A stretch of DNA of 62,467 nt, counting the filler. It is 6 parts of 6 records of this genome, joined end to end, with 100 filler letters (N's around TTAATTAATTAA, not from the genome) between each part and the next. Parts side by side here need not be neighbours in the genome. Positions count along the whole stretch, not along the records: positions 10,828 to 34,640 come from SRR31156797_5020; 5 more parts are not named here. The stretch is one strand, 5' to 3'. Shown piece by piece: positions 18,033-29,504 of this stretch (within the stretch, counting starts at the first letter, position 1; each line of letters opens with the position of its first letter). The notes beneath the pieces are model-generated. The model saw only the letters and a program-made list of their open reading frames with translations. It searched no databases and was not told where the DNA came from. The position numbers and the translations under genes are program-made.

Positions 18033-19325
18033 ATGAAAAGAAGATTATTCAGTGTTATCATTCTTATCACTGCTATTGCGCTTTCCGGGATAATAATCAC
18101 TCAATTTTACTGGGTGAAGGATGCATTAAACACCAAAAATGAACAGTTTTACCAGAATGCGCACCTGGGCTTAAAACGTGTTGTAAATCAAATTATGTCA
18201 TTGCAAAATGATTCTGCAACTGCAGTAAAATTTCTCAACCTGTCAGATGAACAAAACTATCACGTAACGTTCATCACTTCACTGGATACCAATTTAATAT
18301 CGAGAATGATCAGGGCTGAATTCGATAATTTGGAACTAGGTAATCTCTACTATTTTGGGATATATAGAAAGGGATCACGAGATTTCATTATGATCAATAA
18401 TCCCACCTACGAGGATGAAATATTCAGGTCAGAACACAAAGCTCAAATCTCCTGCGTTTTTCAAAAGGAGAAGTTTATGCTGGCAGTGTATTTTCCATTG
18501 GAAAAGCCGTTTATTTACAGCTCCATGCAGACATACATTATCCTTTCTGCGGCTTTCATGATTACTGTTATTATTGGATTCTGGTTAACTGCCGGTTCAT
18601 TACTCAGGCAAAAAAAACTATCGGAAATGAAAACCGATTTTGTGAATAATATGACCCATGAATTTAAAACGCCCATTGCTACCATTTCCTTCACCAGCGA
18701 GATTTTAAAGAAGGAAAATATCAGAACCAACCCTGAGAAGGTCTCCAACTACTCCGATATTATTTTTAGTGAGGCCCAACGCCTGAAAAACCAGGTTGAT
18801 CAAGTGCTGCAAGTGGCTATTCTGGACCGTAAGGAATACCGTTTAAATTTAACAAATGTGGATATACATGAGGTGATTTTGGATCTTACCAAGCGGTTGG
18901 AAATATCGGTTGAAGAACGTGGGGGGAATATTTTTAAACGTTTGAATGCAGCACAACATGTTGTTGCTGGCGACAGGTATCATATCACAAATATTCTTAA
19001 TAACCTGCTTGATAATGCCAACAAATATTCTCCACAATTACCTGAAATCACCATATCAACTCATAGTAACCGCAAAGGAGTTTACATAACAGTTGAGGAT
19101 AGTGGAATAGGTATTTCTGAAAGTGACCAGGTTGATATTTTCAAGAAGTTTCATCGTGTTTCAACCGGTGATCTTCATGATTTTAAGGGTTTCGGAATTG
19201 GATTGTATTATGTTAAAGCCATGGTACAGGCACATGGTGGTAAAATTGATGTAAAAAGCAAGCCCGGAAAAGGCAGCGCATTTATCACTTTTCTGCCATT
19301 TAAAAATTCCGATAATACGTCTTGA
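18033..19325 (+). CDS. Sensor histidine kinase (RprX-like)
   Basis: Two TM helices, DFVNNMTHEFKTPIATI, NLLDNANKYS, KGFGIGL. Confidence 0.92.
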   Translation: MKRRLFSVIILITAIALSGIIITQFYWVKDALNTKNEQFYQNAHLGLKRVVNQIMSLQNDSATAVKFLNLSDEQNYHVTFITSLDTNLISRMIRAEFDNLELGNLYYFGIYRKGSRDFIMINNPTYEDEIFRSEHKAQISCVFQKEKFMLAVYFPLEKPFIYSSMQTYIILSAAFMITVIIGFWLTAGSLLRQKKLSEMKTDFVNNMTHEFKTPIATISFTSEILKKENIRTNPEKVSNYSDIIFSEAQRLKNQVDQVLQVAILDRKEYRLNLTNVDIHEVILDLTKRLEISVEERGGNIFKRLNAAQHVVAGDRYHITNILNNLLDNANKYSPQLPEITISTHSNRKGVYITVEDSGIGISESDQVDIFKKFHRVSTGDLHDFKGFGIGLYYVKAMVQAHGGKIDVKSKPGKGSAFITFLPFKNSDNTS

Positions 19326-19413
19326 TATTCAGACAAGTTTAATGATTTGAAAATGAAAGCCAAACACGATTGTTAAACCGACAGTTATTTATTATAAATT
19401 TGTATTACTGATT

Positions 19414-20133
19414 ATGCAGCAATCGAAAGAAAAATATCAAATATCTATCCTTTTGGCTGAAGATGATTCGAACCTCAGTATTGTGCTGGTGGATTATCTT
19501 GAAATGCTTGGATATGACGTTGCTTTATGCAAAAATGGTCAGGAAGCGCTAACAACTTTTAAAAGAAAGCATTTCGATCTTTGCCTGCTGGACGTAATGA
19601 TGCCTAAAAAAGATGGATTCACGCTTGCTGAAGAAATCAGAAAAGAAAATGAGGAAATACCCATTATCTTCCTTACGGCTAAATCATTAAAAGATGATCG
19701 TGTTCGTGGATTTAATGTAGGTTGTGACGACTATATTACCAAACCATTCAGCACTGAAGAATTGAGTTTAAGGATTAAAGCCATTCTTAAACGTTGCATG
19801 ATACAGAATAAAAGCGGATCGGAAGGGGTTTCAGGGGTATACCAGATTGGTAAATTTTCATTTGATACCCAGAACATGATTTTGATATCGGATGATGAAG
19901 AAAAACGCCTTACGCGAAAGGAGTCCGCATTGCTTAAGCTACTTATCGAACACCGCAACCAGATCATGCCACGTGAAACAGCACTGAAAAAAATATGGGG
20001 AGGCAACGATTATTTCATTGGTAGGAGTATGGATGTTTTCATCGCCAAGCTGAGGAAATATCTAAAAAGCGATCCCAGCATAACCATTGTAAATGTTCAT
20101 GGAACGGGGTTTAAACTTGAGATGGAAGAATAA
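19414..20133 (+). CDS. OmpR/PhoB-family response regulator (RprY-like)
   Basis: LLAEDD, LDVMMP, DDYITKPF, and wHTH RSMDVFIAKLRKYL...NVHGTGF. Confidence 0.93.
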   Translation: MQQSKEKYQISILLAEDDSNLSIVLVDYLEMLGYDVALCKNGQEALTTFKRKHFDLCLLDVMMPKKDGFTLAEEIRKENEEIPIIFLTAKSLKDDRVRGFNVGCDDYITKPFSTEELSLRIKAILKRCMIQNKSGSEGVSGVYQIGKFSFDTQNMILISDDEEKRLTRKESALLKLLIEHRNQIMPRETALKKIWGGNDYFIGRSMDVFIAKLRKYLKSDPSITIVNVHGTGFKLEMEE

Positions 20134-20150
20134 TTGGCGATAACAATTAT

Positions 20151-20195
20151 AAAAAGGCAGCCTCAGGATTTGTGTCCTGAGGCTGTTTCATTTTA
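20151..20195. terminator. Bidirectional terminator between convergent genes
   Basis: GCAGCCTCAGGA-tttgtg-TCCTGAGGCTGT flanked by A- and T-runs. Confidence 0.75.
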
Positions 20196-20208
20196 TGCAG
20201 GTATTTTG

Positions 20209-21966
20209 TTACTTGATTTGCAGTTTTTCAACGAATGTTGATGTGGTGGTTTTTATTTCAATGATGTAAAAGCCTGCTTTTAAGGCAGACACATCAATGG
20301 TTTCCCGGGTAACACCTGAAATTACAACCTGGCCTGTAGAATTGTATACACTAACTTCTGAAGGTGTTTCACCCGGATTTGAGATGTGAAGCACATCAGA
20401 TGCAGGATTTGGATAGATTTCAACAGTTTTATAGAATTCATGCACCGATGTTACATTGCCGATATCAAAGTATTGCTCGGCGGCAAATACTGAGGCATTA
20501 CCTGATTGGTCGATGGCCTGCACACTCCAGTAATAAACACCATCTTCAAGGTTGGCCATTTCAAAAGCCATTTGTGTTTGGCAATTCCCCTGTTTTGGCA
20601 TCATATGAAACCCGAAATTTGCAGCCAGTGGATCAGTTATCGACTGAGCACAGACCACGTCACCATTGCCGCTTTCAGTTCCGATGTAAAGGTTGTATTG
20701 TAAGGCGTTTTGTGGTGTGTGATCGTCATTGGCAGCATTCCAACTGAGTTGAACTGTATTTTCATCAACAGTAGATGAAAGACTTGCAGGGGCCTCAGGT
20801 GGCATGTTTGCAGAATAGGTGTTTGAGTTTGCTTCGTTAATATAAATACCTACCGAGCCATTGAATCCGTTATCATAACCCACAAAAAACAGGTCGAGAT
20901 CGCCGTCGTTATCAACATCTGTCAGATCAAGACTACCGGAACCAAACCCCGGAATGTTGTGATCCAGATTGGTAAATGTGCCGTTATCATTTAAGAAGAT
21001 TTTTGTCATTTTGTTATATGACGGGTCATCCCCGGTATTTACCACATCAAGGTCACCATCGTTGTCGATGTCGCCGGTTACAATCCCAATGTTTCCATTT
21101 GTGGTTCTCACACCCGTCAATCCTGTGTTCACCAATTCGAAGTTTCCGTTTGTGTTTGTGTAATAAACCAATGGATACTGGCTTCCATCGTCAGCAACAT
21201 AAATGATGTCTTTATCACCATCATTATCCACATCACCCCAAACGGCATTGTTATACCAGGCGCAATCCATCAGGCCGGCCTGAATATCCGTGAATGTGCC
21301 ATCAACGTTTTCATAAACCAGAACGAGGGTATTTGAGAAGTCGGTTGGTGTACCGGTAAACAAAAGGTCAAGGTCGCCATCTCCGTCAAAATCTCCCCAC
21401 TCCATCGAGCCTGCAGTCAGGCCGGGAAATCCGGGATTGATGTCCACAAAATTACCATCATCATTTCTGAAAATACTGCTGTATGCTGTGGTATTTGTGT
21501 ACCAGGAATATGCCAGGTCAAGGTCTCCGTCATTATCATAATCACCCCATCCTGATGAATTCCAGAATCCTGTGGGCAATCCCAGTCCGGCCTGAACAAA
21601 AATACCGTCTTCGTTTGAGTACAAAGTAGCATATCCGGTCATGGAATAATCCTGTCCGGAACAGAACAGGTCATAGTCGCCATCGCCATCATAATCTGCC
21701 CAGCTAATGGCTCCCATGTGCATAGGTGCAATTCCGGCATTGATGGGATTAAATGTGCCTTCATCATTTCTGTAAATGTCAGCTACATCATTAAAGTTGT
21801 CGTCAACCCCAAACAGGGCCAGATCTTCGTCGCCATCGTTATCGAAATCTGCGAAATCTGCAGAAGCGAAAAACATGGGGGTGATATTGGTTGGAATTTC
21901 GGTGAATGTTTGAGCCTGGATAATACCGGCCAACAGCATGCTAATTGATAGTAATAATTTCTTCAT
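20209..21966 (-). CDS. FG-GAP/VCBS-repeat protein with FN3 and T9SS C-terminal sorting domain
   Basis: Signal peptide, multiple D.D.DGD.D repeats, YYWSVQAID, and IYPNPA...G.Y...KLQIK C-terminal domain. Confidence 0.9.
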   Translation of the reverse strand: MKKLLLSISMLLAGIIQAQTFTEIPTNITPMFFASADFADFDNDGDEDLALFGVDDNFNDVADIYRNDEGTFNPINAGIAPMHMGAISWADYDGDGDYDLFCSGQDYSMTGYATLYSNEDGIFVQAGLGLPTGFWNSSGWGDYDNDGDLDLAYSWYTNTTAYSSIFRNDDGNFVDINPGFPGLTAGSMEWGDFDGDGDLDLLFTGTPTDFSNTLVLVYENVDGTFTDIQAGLMDCAWYNNAVWGDVDNDGDKDIIYVADDGSQYPLVYYTNTNGNFELVNTGLTGVRTTNGNIGIVTGDIDNDGDLDVVNTGDDPSYNKMTKIFLNDNGTFTNLDHNIPGFGSGSLDLTDVDNDGDLDLFFVGYDNGFNGSVGIYINEANSNTYSANMPPEAPASLSSTVDENTVQLSWNAANDDHTPQNALQYNLYIGTESGNGDVVCAQSITDPLAANFGFHMMPKQGNCQTQMAFEMANLEDGVYYWSVQAIDQSGNASVFAAEQYFDIGNVTSVHEFYKTVEIYPNPASDVLHISNPGETPSEVSVYNSTGQVVISGVTRETIDVSALKAGFYIIEIKTTTSTFVEKLQIK

Positions 21967-22202
21967 GGTCTTGTATTTAAAATTTGTACAATGTTAATAA
22001 GATTTAACACAGCATGAAAATTTTTAACATCAATCCATTGGGAAAAATGGGTAATGAAGGCGAGATATTTTATGTAATGTAAGTAAGCTTTAGCTTTCAT
22101 TACTCATGCCGCGTACGGTATTTGAAGTCATGGCGAATGAACAGGGCTCAAGCCTTACCTTTCAGAAAAGGAAATCTCGTTTTCAAAACAAAGTCTATAA
22201 AT

Positions 22203-25200
22203 TTACCTGTAATTCAAATTCACATTCAGCAGTTTCTCCACCTGCTCCGGGCTGAGGTTTTTGCGTTTGGCATAATCTTCCACCTGGTCGGGTGAGATTT
22301 TGCCAAGGTTGAAATATTGCGATTGGGGATGGGCAAAATAATATCCACTTATTGATGCCGCCGGGTACATGGCATAGTTTTCAGTGAGTTGAATACCGGC
22401 TTTTTCTTCAGCATTCAGTAGATCAAAAAGTACGCTTTTTTCGGAGTGTTCCGGGCAGGCCGGATATCCCGGTGCCGGGCGGATGCCCTGGTATTTTTCC
22501 CGAAGGACTTCTTCAAGCGGGAGATTTTCATAGGGGGCATATCCCCAGAATTCCTTTCGTACCCGAACATGTATTAATTCTGCAAAAGCTTCAGCAAGCC
22601 GGTCGGCAAGGATTTTAATCATGATCGAGTTATAGTCGTCATGGTCAGCTTCAAATTGTGCCACCCATTTTTCAAGCCCGATTCCCGCTGTTACTGCAAA
22701 TCCCCCAATAAAATCCTGAATACCGGAATCTTCAGGGGCTACAAAATCAGATAAAGCAAGATTTGGGACACCTTCTTGTTTTTCCTGCTGATTTCTTAAA
22801 AAGGCAAATTGTGTAAGGTGATTGTGTTCCTGATCAAAAAGATGGATATCATCACCTTTGCTGTTTGCCGGATAAAAACCAATCACGCCATTGGCCTGCA
22901 GCATCTTATCGTTGATGATTCGATCGAGCATTTCATTGGCATCATCATAAAGCTTTTTGGCTTCCTCACCTTTAACCGGGTCATCAAAAATGGCCGGGTA
23001 TTTCCCGTTGATCCGCCAGGAATGGAAAAAGAAAGTCCAGTCGATATATTCCCGGATCTCTGCAAGGTCGTAGTTTTCAAAATATTTATTGCCGAGGAAT
23101 GCGGGCTTATAAATGGGGCTGTTTTCCCAGTCAATTTTAATGGCATTTTCCCTGGCTTTGTCAAGCGATATAAATTTTCCTTCCAGTTTTGTGCGCTCAT
23201 GCTTTTCGCGGATGCAGGCGTATTTTTCACGGTATCCAGCAGTAAATTTTTCGTTCTGATCCTGGGATATCAATGATGCAACCACACCCACGCTTTTGGA
23301 GGCATCACGTACGTGAATGACCGGTGGGGCATAGTTGGGTTCGATTTTTACAGCCGAATGAATTTCGGAGGTTGTGGCGCCGCCAATGAGTAGGGGTACT
23401 TTCATTTCGCGGCGGGTCATTTCCTGGGCCACATGTACCATTTCTTCGAGAGATGGTGTAATGAGCCCGCTCAGTCCAACTATATCCACATCTTCGTCCA
23501 TAGCAGTTTGCAGGATTTTATCTGCCGGCACCATTACGCCGAGGTCGATCACTTCAAAGTTGTTGCAGGCCAGTACTACGCCCACAATGTTTTTCCCGAT
23601 GTCGTGGACATCACCTTTCACGGTGGCGAGCAACACTTTTCCGGCTGAGTGGCTTTTGCCGGATTCCAGCTTTTCAGCTTCAATGTAGGGCAGGAGTACA
23701 GCCACAGCTTTTTTCATCACACGGGCACTTTTCACCACCTGCGGCAGAAACATTTTTCCGGAGCCAAACAGGTCACCAACCACATCCATCCCGGCCATCA
23801 AAGGGCCTTCAATTACATTTAGCGCCTGTGGGTATTGTTGTCTGGCCTCTTCGGTATCGGCTTCAATAAAATCGGTGATGCCTTTTACAAGGGAATGTTT
23901 CAGCCTTTCCTGAACGGTTCCGTCTCGCCAGGCATCATGTTTTTCTTCTTTTTTGCCGCTGTCTTTCACTTTGTCTGCATAAGCGATCAGGCGATCAGTG
24001 GCATCTTTGCGGCGGTTTAGGATCACATCTTCTACCAGTTGCAGCAGGTCTTTGGGTATCTCATCATAAATCTGCAACATGCCCGGATTTACGATGCCCA
24101 TGTCCATTCCTGCCTTGATGGCGTGATACAGAAACGCCGAATGCATGGCCTCTCGCACCACATTATTTCCCCGGAAGGAGAAGGAAAGGTTGCTCACCCC
24201 ACCACTGATTTTTGCGTGGGAGAGGTTTCCCTTGATCCACTTTGTGGCGTTTATGTAGTCCACTGCGTAATTGTTATGCTCTTCAATTCCGGTGGCAACA
24301 GTTAAAATGTTTGGATCGAAAATAATATCTTCGGGAGGGAAATTGATTTCTTCTGTCAGTATTTTATAGGCCCGTTCACATATTTGGATTTTTCGTTCAA
24401 AATCTGCGGCCTGCCCTTCTTCATCAAAGGCCATGATGATTACGGCAGCGCCATATTTTTTCACGAGCTTTGCCTGGCGCTTAAATTCTTTTTCACCCTC
24501 TTTGAGGCTGATGGAATTCACAATGGATTTACCCTGCAGGCATTTCAGCCCTGCCTCTATCACCATCCATTTTGAGGAATCGATCATGATGGGCAGTTTG
24601 GCAATATCCGGCTCCGACATGACCATATGCAAGAAGTTCACCATCTCCTTTTCCGAATCCAGCATGGCTTCATCCACATTCACATCAATCACCTGTGCGC
24701 CGCCTTCCACCTGATCGCGGGCTATTGAGAGCGCTTCTTCATAATTCTCTTCACGGATCAGCCGGGCAAACTTACGCGAGCCACTCACATTGGTTCGTTC
24801 GCCCACATTAATGAAATTCGATCCAGGGAAAATCGCTAAAGGTTCCAGTCCGCTCAGGCGCATCCTGGGTTCGATTTCGGGAATCTGCCGGGGTTTTCCG
24901 GCTCTGGCTACTTTTTCAAATTCGCGGATATGATCGGGGGTAGTTCCGCAGCATCCGCCGATAATATTGGCGAAACCGCTATCCACAAAGTCTTTCAGGC
25001 TGGCTGCCATGGCTTCGGGGGATTCATCATACTCACCAAACTGGTTGGGAAGGCCTGCATTGGGATATACACTCACAAACATGGATGCTTTTGAGGAAAG
25101 CTCCGACAGGTATGGCCGCATCTCTTTGGCTCCGAGCGCACAATTCAACCCTACACTCAATAAATTTCCATGCTGGACAGACGATAGAAAAGCTTCAGTT

Positions 25201-25883
25201 GTCTGGCCCGAAAGTGTTCTGCCTGAAGCATCCGTGATGGTTCCTGAAATCATCAATGGCAATCGCCTGCCTTTTTTCTCAAAGGCATTTTCCACGGCAA
25301 ACATGGCTGCTTTGGCGTTCAGGGTATCAAAAATGGTTTCGATGAGCATGATGTCTGCACCACCATCCATCAGCCCTTCAGCCTGTTCCTGGTAGGCTTC
25401 CACCAGCTGGTCGAAGCTAATGGCGCGGAAACCCGGATTGTTCACATCCGGCGACATGGATGCCGTTCTGTTTGTCGGCCCCAGTGCTCCGGCAACAAAT
25501 CGGGGTTTGTCAGGGGTTAATGCCGAAAACTTTTTCGCGGCCTGTTTTGCAATTTCAGCGGAAGCTTTATTGATTTCATAAACCATGGGCTCCATTTGGT
25601 AGTCGGCCATGGATATGCTTGTGCCATTAAAAGTATTGGTTTCCACGATATCAGCCCCGGCATCAAAGTAGGCTTCATGAATTTCCCGGATCACTTCCGG
25701 TTTGGTAACTGAAAGCAAATCGTTGCAGCCCTGCAAATCGGTGGGATGATCTTTAAAACGCTCGCCACGAAAGTCTTTTTCGGTGAGCTTGTAGCGTTGG
25801 ATCATCGTGCCCATGGCACCGTCAAGCAATAGAATGCGTGATTTAAGCATGTTATATATCGGGTGAGATTTATCTGAATTCAT
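22203..25883 (-). CDS. metH: B12-dependent methionine synthase
   Basis: [44 protein letters not shown]; 1226 aa. Confidence 0.98.
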   Translation of the reverse strand: MNSDKSHPIYNMLKSRILLLDGAMGTMIQRYKLTEKDFRGERFKDHPTDLQGCNDLLSVTKPEVIREIHEAYFDAGADIVETNTFNGTSISMADYQMEPMVYEINKASAEIAKQAAKKFSALTPDKPRFVAGALGPTNRTASMSPDVNNPGFRAISFDQLVEAYQEQAEGLMDGGADIMLIETIFDTLNAKAAMFAVENAFEKKGRRLPLMISGTITDASGRTLSGQTTEAFLSSVQHGNLLSVGLNCALGAKEMRPYLSELSSKASMFVSVYPNAGLPNQFGEYDESPEAMAASLKDFVDSGFANIIGGCCGTTPDHIREFEKVARAGKPRQIPEIEPRMRLSGLEPLAIFPGSNFINVGERTNVSGSRKFARLIREENYEEALSIARDQVEGGAQVIDVNVDEAMLDSEKEMVNFLHMVMSEPDIAKLPIMIDSSKWMVIEAGLKCLQGKSIVNSISLKEGEKEFKRQAKLVKKYGAAVIIMAFDEEGQAADFERKIQICERAYKILTEEINFPPEDIIFDPNILTVATGIEEHNNYAVDYINATKWIKGNLSHAKISGGVSNLSFSFRGNNVVREAMHSAFLYHAIKAGMDMGIVNPGMLQIYDEIPKDLLQLVEDVILNRRKDATDRLIAYADKVKDSGKKEEKHDAWRDGTVQERLKHSLVKGITDFIEADTEEARQQYPQALNVIEGPLMAGMDVVGDLFGSGKMFLPQVVKSARVMKKAVAVLLPYIEAEKLESGKSHSAGKVLLATVKGDVHDIGKNIVGVVLACNNFEVIDLGVMVPADKILQTAMDEDVDIVGLSGLITPSLEEMVHVAQEMTRREMKVPLLIGGATTSEIHSAVKIEPNYAPPVIHVRDASKSVGVVASLISQDQNEKFTAGYREKYACIREKHERTKLEGKFISLDKARENAIKIDWENSPIYKPAFLGNKYFENYDLAEIREYIDWTFFFHSWRINGKYPAIFDDPVKGEEAKKLYDDANEMLDRIINDKMLQANGVIGFYPANSKGDDIHLFDQEHNHLTQFAFLRNQQEKQEGVPNLALSDFVAPEDSGIQDFIGGFAVTAGIGLEKWVAQFEADHDDYNSIMIKILADRLAEAFAELIHVRVRKEFWGYAPYENLPLEEVLREKYQGIRPAPGYPACPEHSEKSVLFDLLNAEEKAGIQLTENYAMYPAASISGYYFAHPQSQYFNLGKISPDQVEDYAKRKNLSPEQVEKLLNVNLNYR

Positions 25884-26020
25884 ATTTGTAAGTAGTTAAT
25901 TTTCTGCAAAATTACATCAATTAACAGATTGCATGGGTTTGGGTTTAGTTGGGAAAAAAAAGTGTTGCTAAAACCTTAAATATTTTTGTAACTTTAGTGC
26001 AGATTGCTGTAATTTTCATC

Positions 26021-26644
26021 ATGAGGTATTCAAACTTAATTTTAACCCTTATCGTCCTTTTTTCCGGTTGCAGGATATATCATGATTATCCCCGTGAGTT
26101 TGCTGATCCGAAAGAAACGTATCAAGCCTATGATGCCGAAATAGAATTGGCTGATCTCAAAAACAGGGTGGCTGACCAGGACACCTTTTTCCTTTCAAAT
26201 TTTATGGTTACGCAAGCGATTATATCACCTGAAAATCAGCGCTTGTCGAAATCAATCCTGGATATAGAGCCCGAACGGTTTTTTGAAATAATGGATGTCT
26301 TCAGATATGAATACAAAAACCGCATTGAAAGTCAAAAAAATGTAACACTACCTCCGAAAATCACAATTCTTGAATACCGGGAAGGAGGTAGTTTGTCATG
26401 GAAGTTACTTACAGCTTTTACCATGGGTATTCCATGCCTGGTTGGAATGCCGGCCAACTGGACGTCAACGTTTGTAAAAATTGAGCTTGCATATTATGAT
26501 GAATCAGGAAACATGGTTAGTTCTACCTGGGGAGAGGGCTATAACAAGACCTGGGTTGCTATGTACTGGGGTTTTGGGGCTGATGCCAGAACAAGGTCTG
26601 TTAAACTGGCAACACAGGAGGCATTGTCAAATTTAAAGCATTGA
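26021..26644 (+). CDS. Hypothetical lipoprotein
   Basis: MRYSNLILTLIVLFSGC lipobox at the likely start 26021. Confidence 0.7.
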   Translation: MRYSNLILTLIVLFSGCRIYHDYPREFADPKETYQAYDAEIELADLKNRVADQDTFFLSNFMVTQAIISPENQRLSKSILDIEPERFFEIMDVFRYEYKNRIESQKNVTLPPKITILEYREGGSLSWKLLTAFTMGIPCLVGMPANWTSTFVKIELAYYDESGNMVSSTWGEGYNKTWVAMYWGFGADARTRSVKLATQEALSNLKH

Positions 26645-26826
26645 TATTTAGGATATAGCCTCTATGGAAATCTTCTTTTACAAATAGAGTAATAGGTCTT
26701 TGTAAATAAATCTAAAGAATTTCATTTGTTACATTACTTTAATTGCCAGTCATTTGTGATGATCCCGTAATATTTGAATTCGTTCTAAATTAATCAACTA
26801 CCTTTGCCGCGATTTTAAACTTATAT

Positions 26827-28125
26827 ATGATATTTAAACAATTAGGGGTTATTGAACCCATCCTGAAAGCGCTAAGCGCCGAAGGTTATTCCCAACCCAC
26901 ACCCATCCAGGAACAATCCATTCCAGTTTTACTTAGTCGAAAAGATCTGCTTGGATGTGCCCAAACCGGAACCGGCAAGACCGCTGCTTTTGCGGTCCCG
27001 ATTCTGCAGCATCTGTTTTTAGACAAACAAAACAGCAATCGTGCGCGAAAAATAAGTGCACTGGTTGTTACACCAACCCGAGAGCTTGCCATTCAAATAG
27101 CTGAGAGCTTTTCTGCTTATGGCAGGTACACCGGATTAAGAAACACCGTAATTTTTGGCGGTGTGAAGCAGGGGGCCCAGACAGATGCACTTAGGAAGGG
27201 CGTTGATATTCTCGTCGCCACACCTGGGCGCTTACTTGACCTCATCGATCAGGGATATGTACGATTAGGCAATGTTGAATATTTTGTGTTGGATGAGGCC
27301 GACAGGATGCTCGACATGGGTTTTATCCACGATATCAGAAAGATCATCGCAAAGCTTCCTGCCAAAAGGCAGTCGTTGTTTTTTTCGGCTACCATGCCAC
27401 CTGACATTGTTGCACTTTCCAAAAAAATTCTGGGCAGCAATCCCCAAAAAGTATCCGTTAAACCGGAGCAAACAACTGCCGAAAAGGTGGAACAATCCGT
27501 ATATTTTGTGGGCAAAAAGCAAAAGCAAAAACTTTTAATTCACCTTTTGAAGACCGATTTCACCGGATCAACGCTTGTTTTTTCGCGGACAAAGCATGGG
27601 GCCAATAAAATTGTAAAAATGCTCCACAAGGCTGATATTGATGCGGCGGCAATTCATGGAAACAAATCACAAAGCGCACGACAACAAGCACTTGGTGACT
27701 TTAAAAGTGGAATTACCAAAGTTTTGATTGCTACAGATATTGCTGCTCGTGGCATCGACATTGATGATTTATCTTTGGTGGTGAATTACGATCTGCCCAA
27801 TATCCCCGAAACTTATGTTCACAGAATAGGACGAACCGGCCGGGCTGATGCCAGCGGGCTGGCCATTTCATTTTGTGATGAAGAGGAAAGGCCCTATTTA
27901 CGCGACATCCAAAAGTTGATTGGGGAGAAAATACCTGTGGTGGAAGATCACCCGTTTAATGATGATGTGCCGGTTGCCGCAATGGGACCACAAGGCATAA
28001 CAGATAAAGAAGTGCAGAAATCTCAAATCAGGGAAAGCCGCCCAAAACCAGGTAAAAACTATTGGCGAAACAAGCGGCGGAATAATGCGAAACAAAAAGT
28101 AAACCAGCGATCAGGAAACAGATAG
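26827..28125 (+). CDS. DEAD-box RNA helicase (RhlE-like)
   Basis: [37 protein letters not shown] -7 box at 26799-26806. Confidence 0.95.
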   Translation: MIFKQLGVIEPILKALSAEGYSQPTPIQEQSIPVLLSRKDLLGCAQTGTGKTAAFAVPILQHLFLDKQNSNRARKISALVVTPTRELAIQIAESFSAYGRYTGLRNTVIFGGVKQGAQTDALRKGVDILVATPGRLLDLIDQGYVRLGNVEYFVLDEADRMLDMGFIHDIRKIIAKLPAKRQSLFFSATMPPDIVALSKKILGSNPQKVSVKPEQTTAEKVEQSVYFVGKKQKQKLLIHLLKTDFTGSTLVFSRTKHGANKIVKMLHKADIDAAAIHGNKSQSARQQALGDFKSGITKVLIATDIAARGIDIDDLSLVVNYDLPNIPETYVHRIGRTGRADASGLAISFCDEEERPYLRDIQKLIGEKIPVVEDHPFNDDVPVAAMGPQGITDKEVQKSQIRESRPKPGKNYWRNKRRNNAKQKVNQRSGNR

Positions 28126-28728
28126 AGGATATTCTGCCAATGGTGAAACACGCAATTTCCATTACAGTTTGTTGAGTCTGTGTGCTGGCCGGAGGTTGCA
28201 TCATGCCTGTGTTGGGACTGGCGTGCTCGTCCTGGTAGTGCAATGCTAACTGACATTTTCGTCCCATTTATTACAATACACACATTTTGCTATCTGATCT
28301 GAACAGTCATTTTCTTTGAAATAGATTTCTCAGTCACATATTATATCGATTTTCCCTGCCTGATATTAATAATTTTATACCTGTCATTTACCCGTAGGGA
28401 TGCCTAAGGCACGTCCGAAGGGAGGAATCTAAATCTGCAAAGCCGCAATGAAGGTTGAAAAATAGGCCAACACCTGAATTTTTAAAGAATTTGTAAGTAA
28501 CTATAATTTTTCAGCAAAAGACTGCATAACAAGAAATATTTTAACGACCCAACTGTCAGGTTTTTCTTTAATGTTAAAAGTTGTTCTAACAGAGAATCCA
28601 ATAGTTTTTTAGAAATATCTTTATGCCTTCAAAACTTACAAATTATGGTTTGGGTTCAATGTGAACAATTGGAGAAGAGTACCCACGACCAACACAAATG
28701 AAAGCATTTAACAATATACATTTGCACC

Positions 28729-29502
28729 ATGTGGAATAACATTTTAGTTGAGCCTGATAAGACGTATTTCTGGAGCGTTGGGGGAAAAGAGATATACGTT
28801 AATAAAAACGCTAAGGAATGGATGTTTTCGATTAAAGAGTCAACAGACCAATCGACACCATCCATATTTGGTGACATAAAAAATTCGCCAGAGGAAGCAG
28901 TATGGAGCACTTTTGTTGACGATAAAAAAAGCAGTTTGCTTGTGCTACCGGCTCTGCCCGACAGGCCTTTGGTTATCAGGCCAACAACGACATTGAAAAT
29001 AATGCCAAAAAAAAGTCTTTTACTTTTTGTTCAGGTGCCCGTATGGCTTCAGTTTTATTCGGAATCACCAAAAAAAGAAAAGTTAATTACTGACATAAAT
29101 AGCCGGGAATTATCGTCAACCTGGTTTGGTGATAAAGAAAAAGGGACGCTGGCGTACCGGTTGGACCTCAACATCCCGGCTGCTTTGGAGAGGCCTGAAA
29201 AAAGTACACATCATGTTGTTTGTCCGGTACAATTGATCAATACCAGCGCCGAAAAACTGGATATCCAAAGGCTTCTCCTGAATTGTGAAAACCTGAATGT
29301 TTATTTTAATGGCAATGAATTATGGGCAAACGAATTAAAAATCAGATTCAAAGGCGAACATGAAACAAGTGAAGTTCAAAATGTTGATACGGCGCCTTCC
29401 TATATTACCAAATCTAGATTAATAAATCCTGCCAGGGTAAGCAAGTCGAAAAACATGATGTTGAAAAGCTTTCATTTTATCAAATCATTTACAAACTACT
29501 AA
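28729..29502 (+). CDS. DUF432-like protein
   Basis: PALPDRPLVIRP...P.W...LSSTWFG...G.LAY...CPV...N motif, directly upstream of an MscS gene. Confidence 0.65.
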   Translation: MWNNILVEPDKTYFWSVGGKEIYVNKNAKEWMFSIKESTDQSTPSIFGDIKNSPEEAVWSTFVDDKKSSLLVLPALPDRPLVIRPTTTLKIMPKKSLLLFVQVPVWLQFYSESPKKEKLITDINSRELSSTWFGDKEKGTLAYRLDLNIPAALERPEKSTHHVVCPVQLINTSAEKLDIQRLLLNCENLNVYFNGNELWANELKIRFKGEHETSEVQNVDTAPSYITKSRLINPARVSKSKNMMLKSFHFIKSFTNY

Positions 29503-29504
29503 AC

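Noticed and set aside
22809-25395. Numerous antisense or alternate-frame ORFs inside metH (and similar ones in other long genes)
   Set aside because: Shadow ORFs of well-supported genes, with no motifs or independent signals.
25884-26020. SAM or cobalamin riboswitch upstream of metH
   Set aside because: A -7 box (TAATTTTG on -, 25914-25907) lies about 25 nt from the start, leaving no room, and no aptamer motifs are seen.
28382-28430. REP-like motif TGTCATTTACCCGTAGGGATGCCTAAGGCACGTCCGAAGGGAGGAATCT
   Set aside because: Resembles small Bacteroidota intergenic repeats, but there is only one degenerate copy here, so it cannot be supported.
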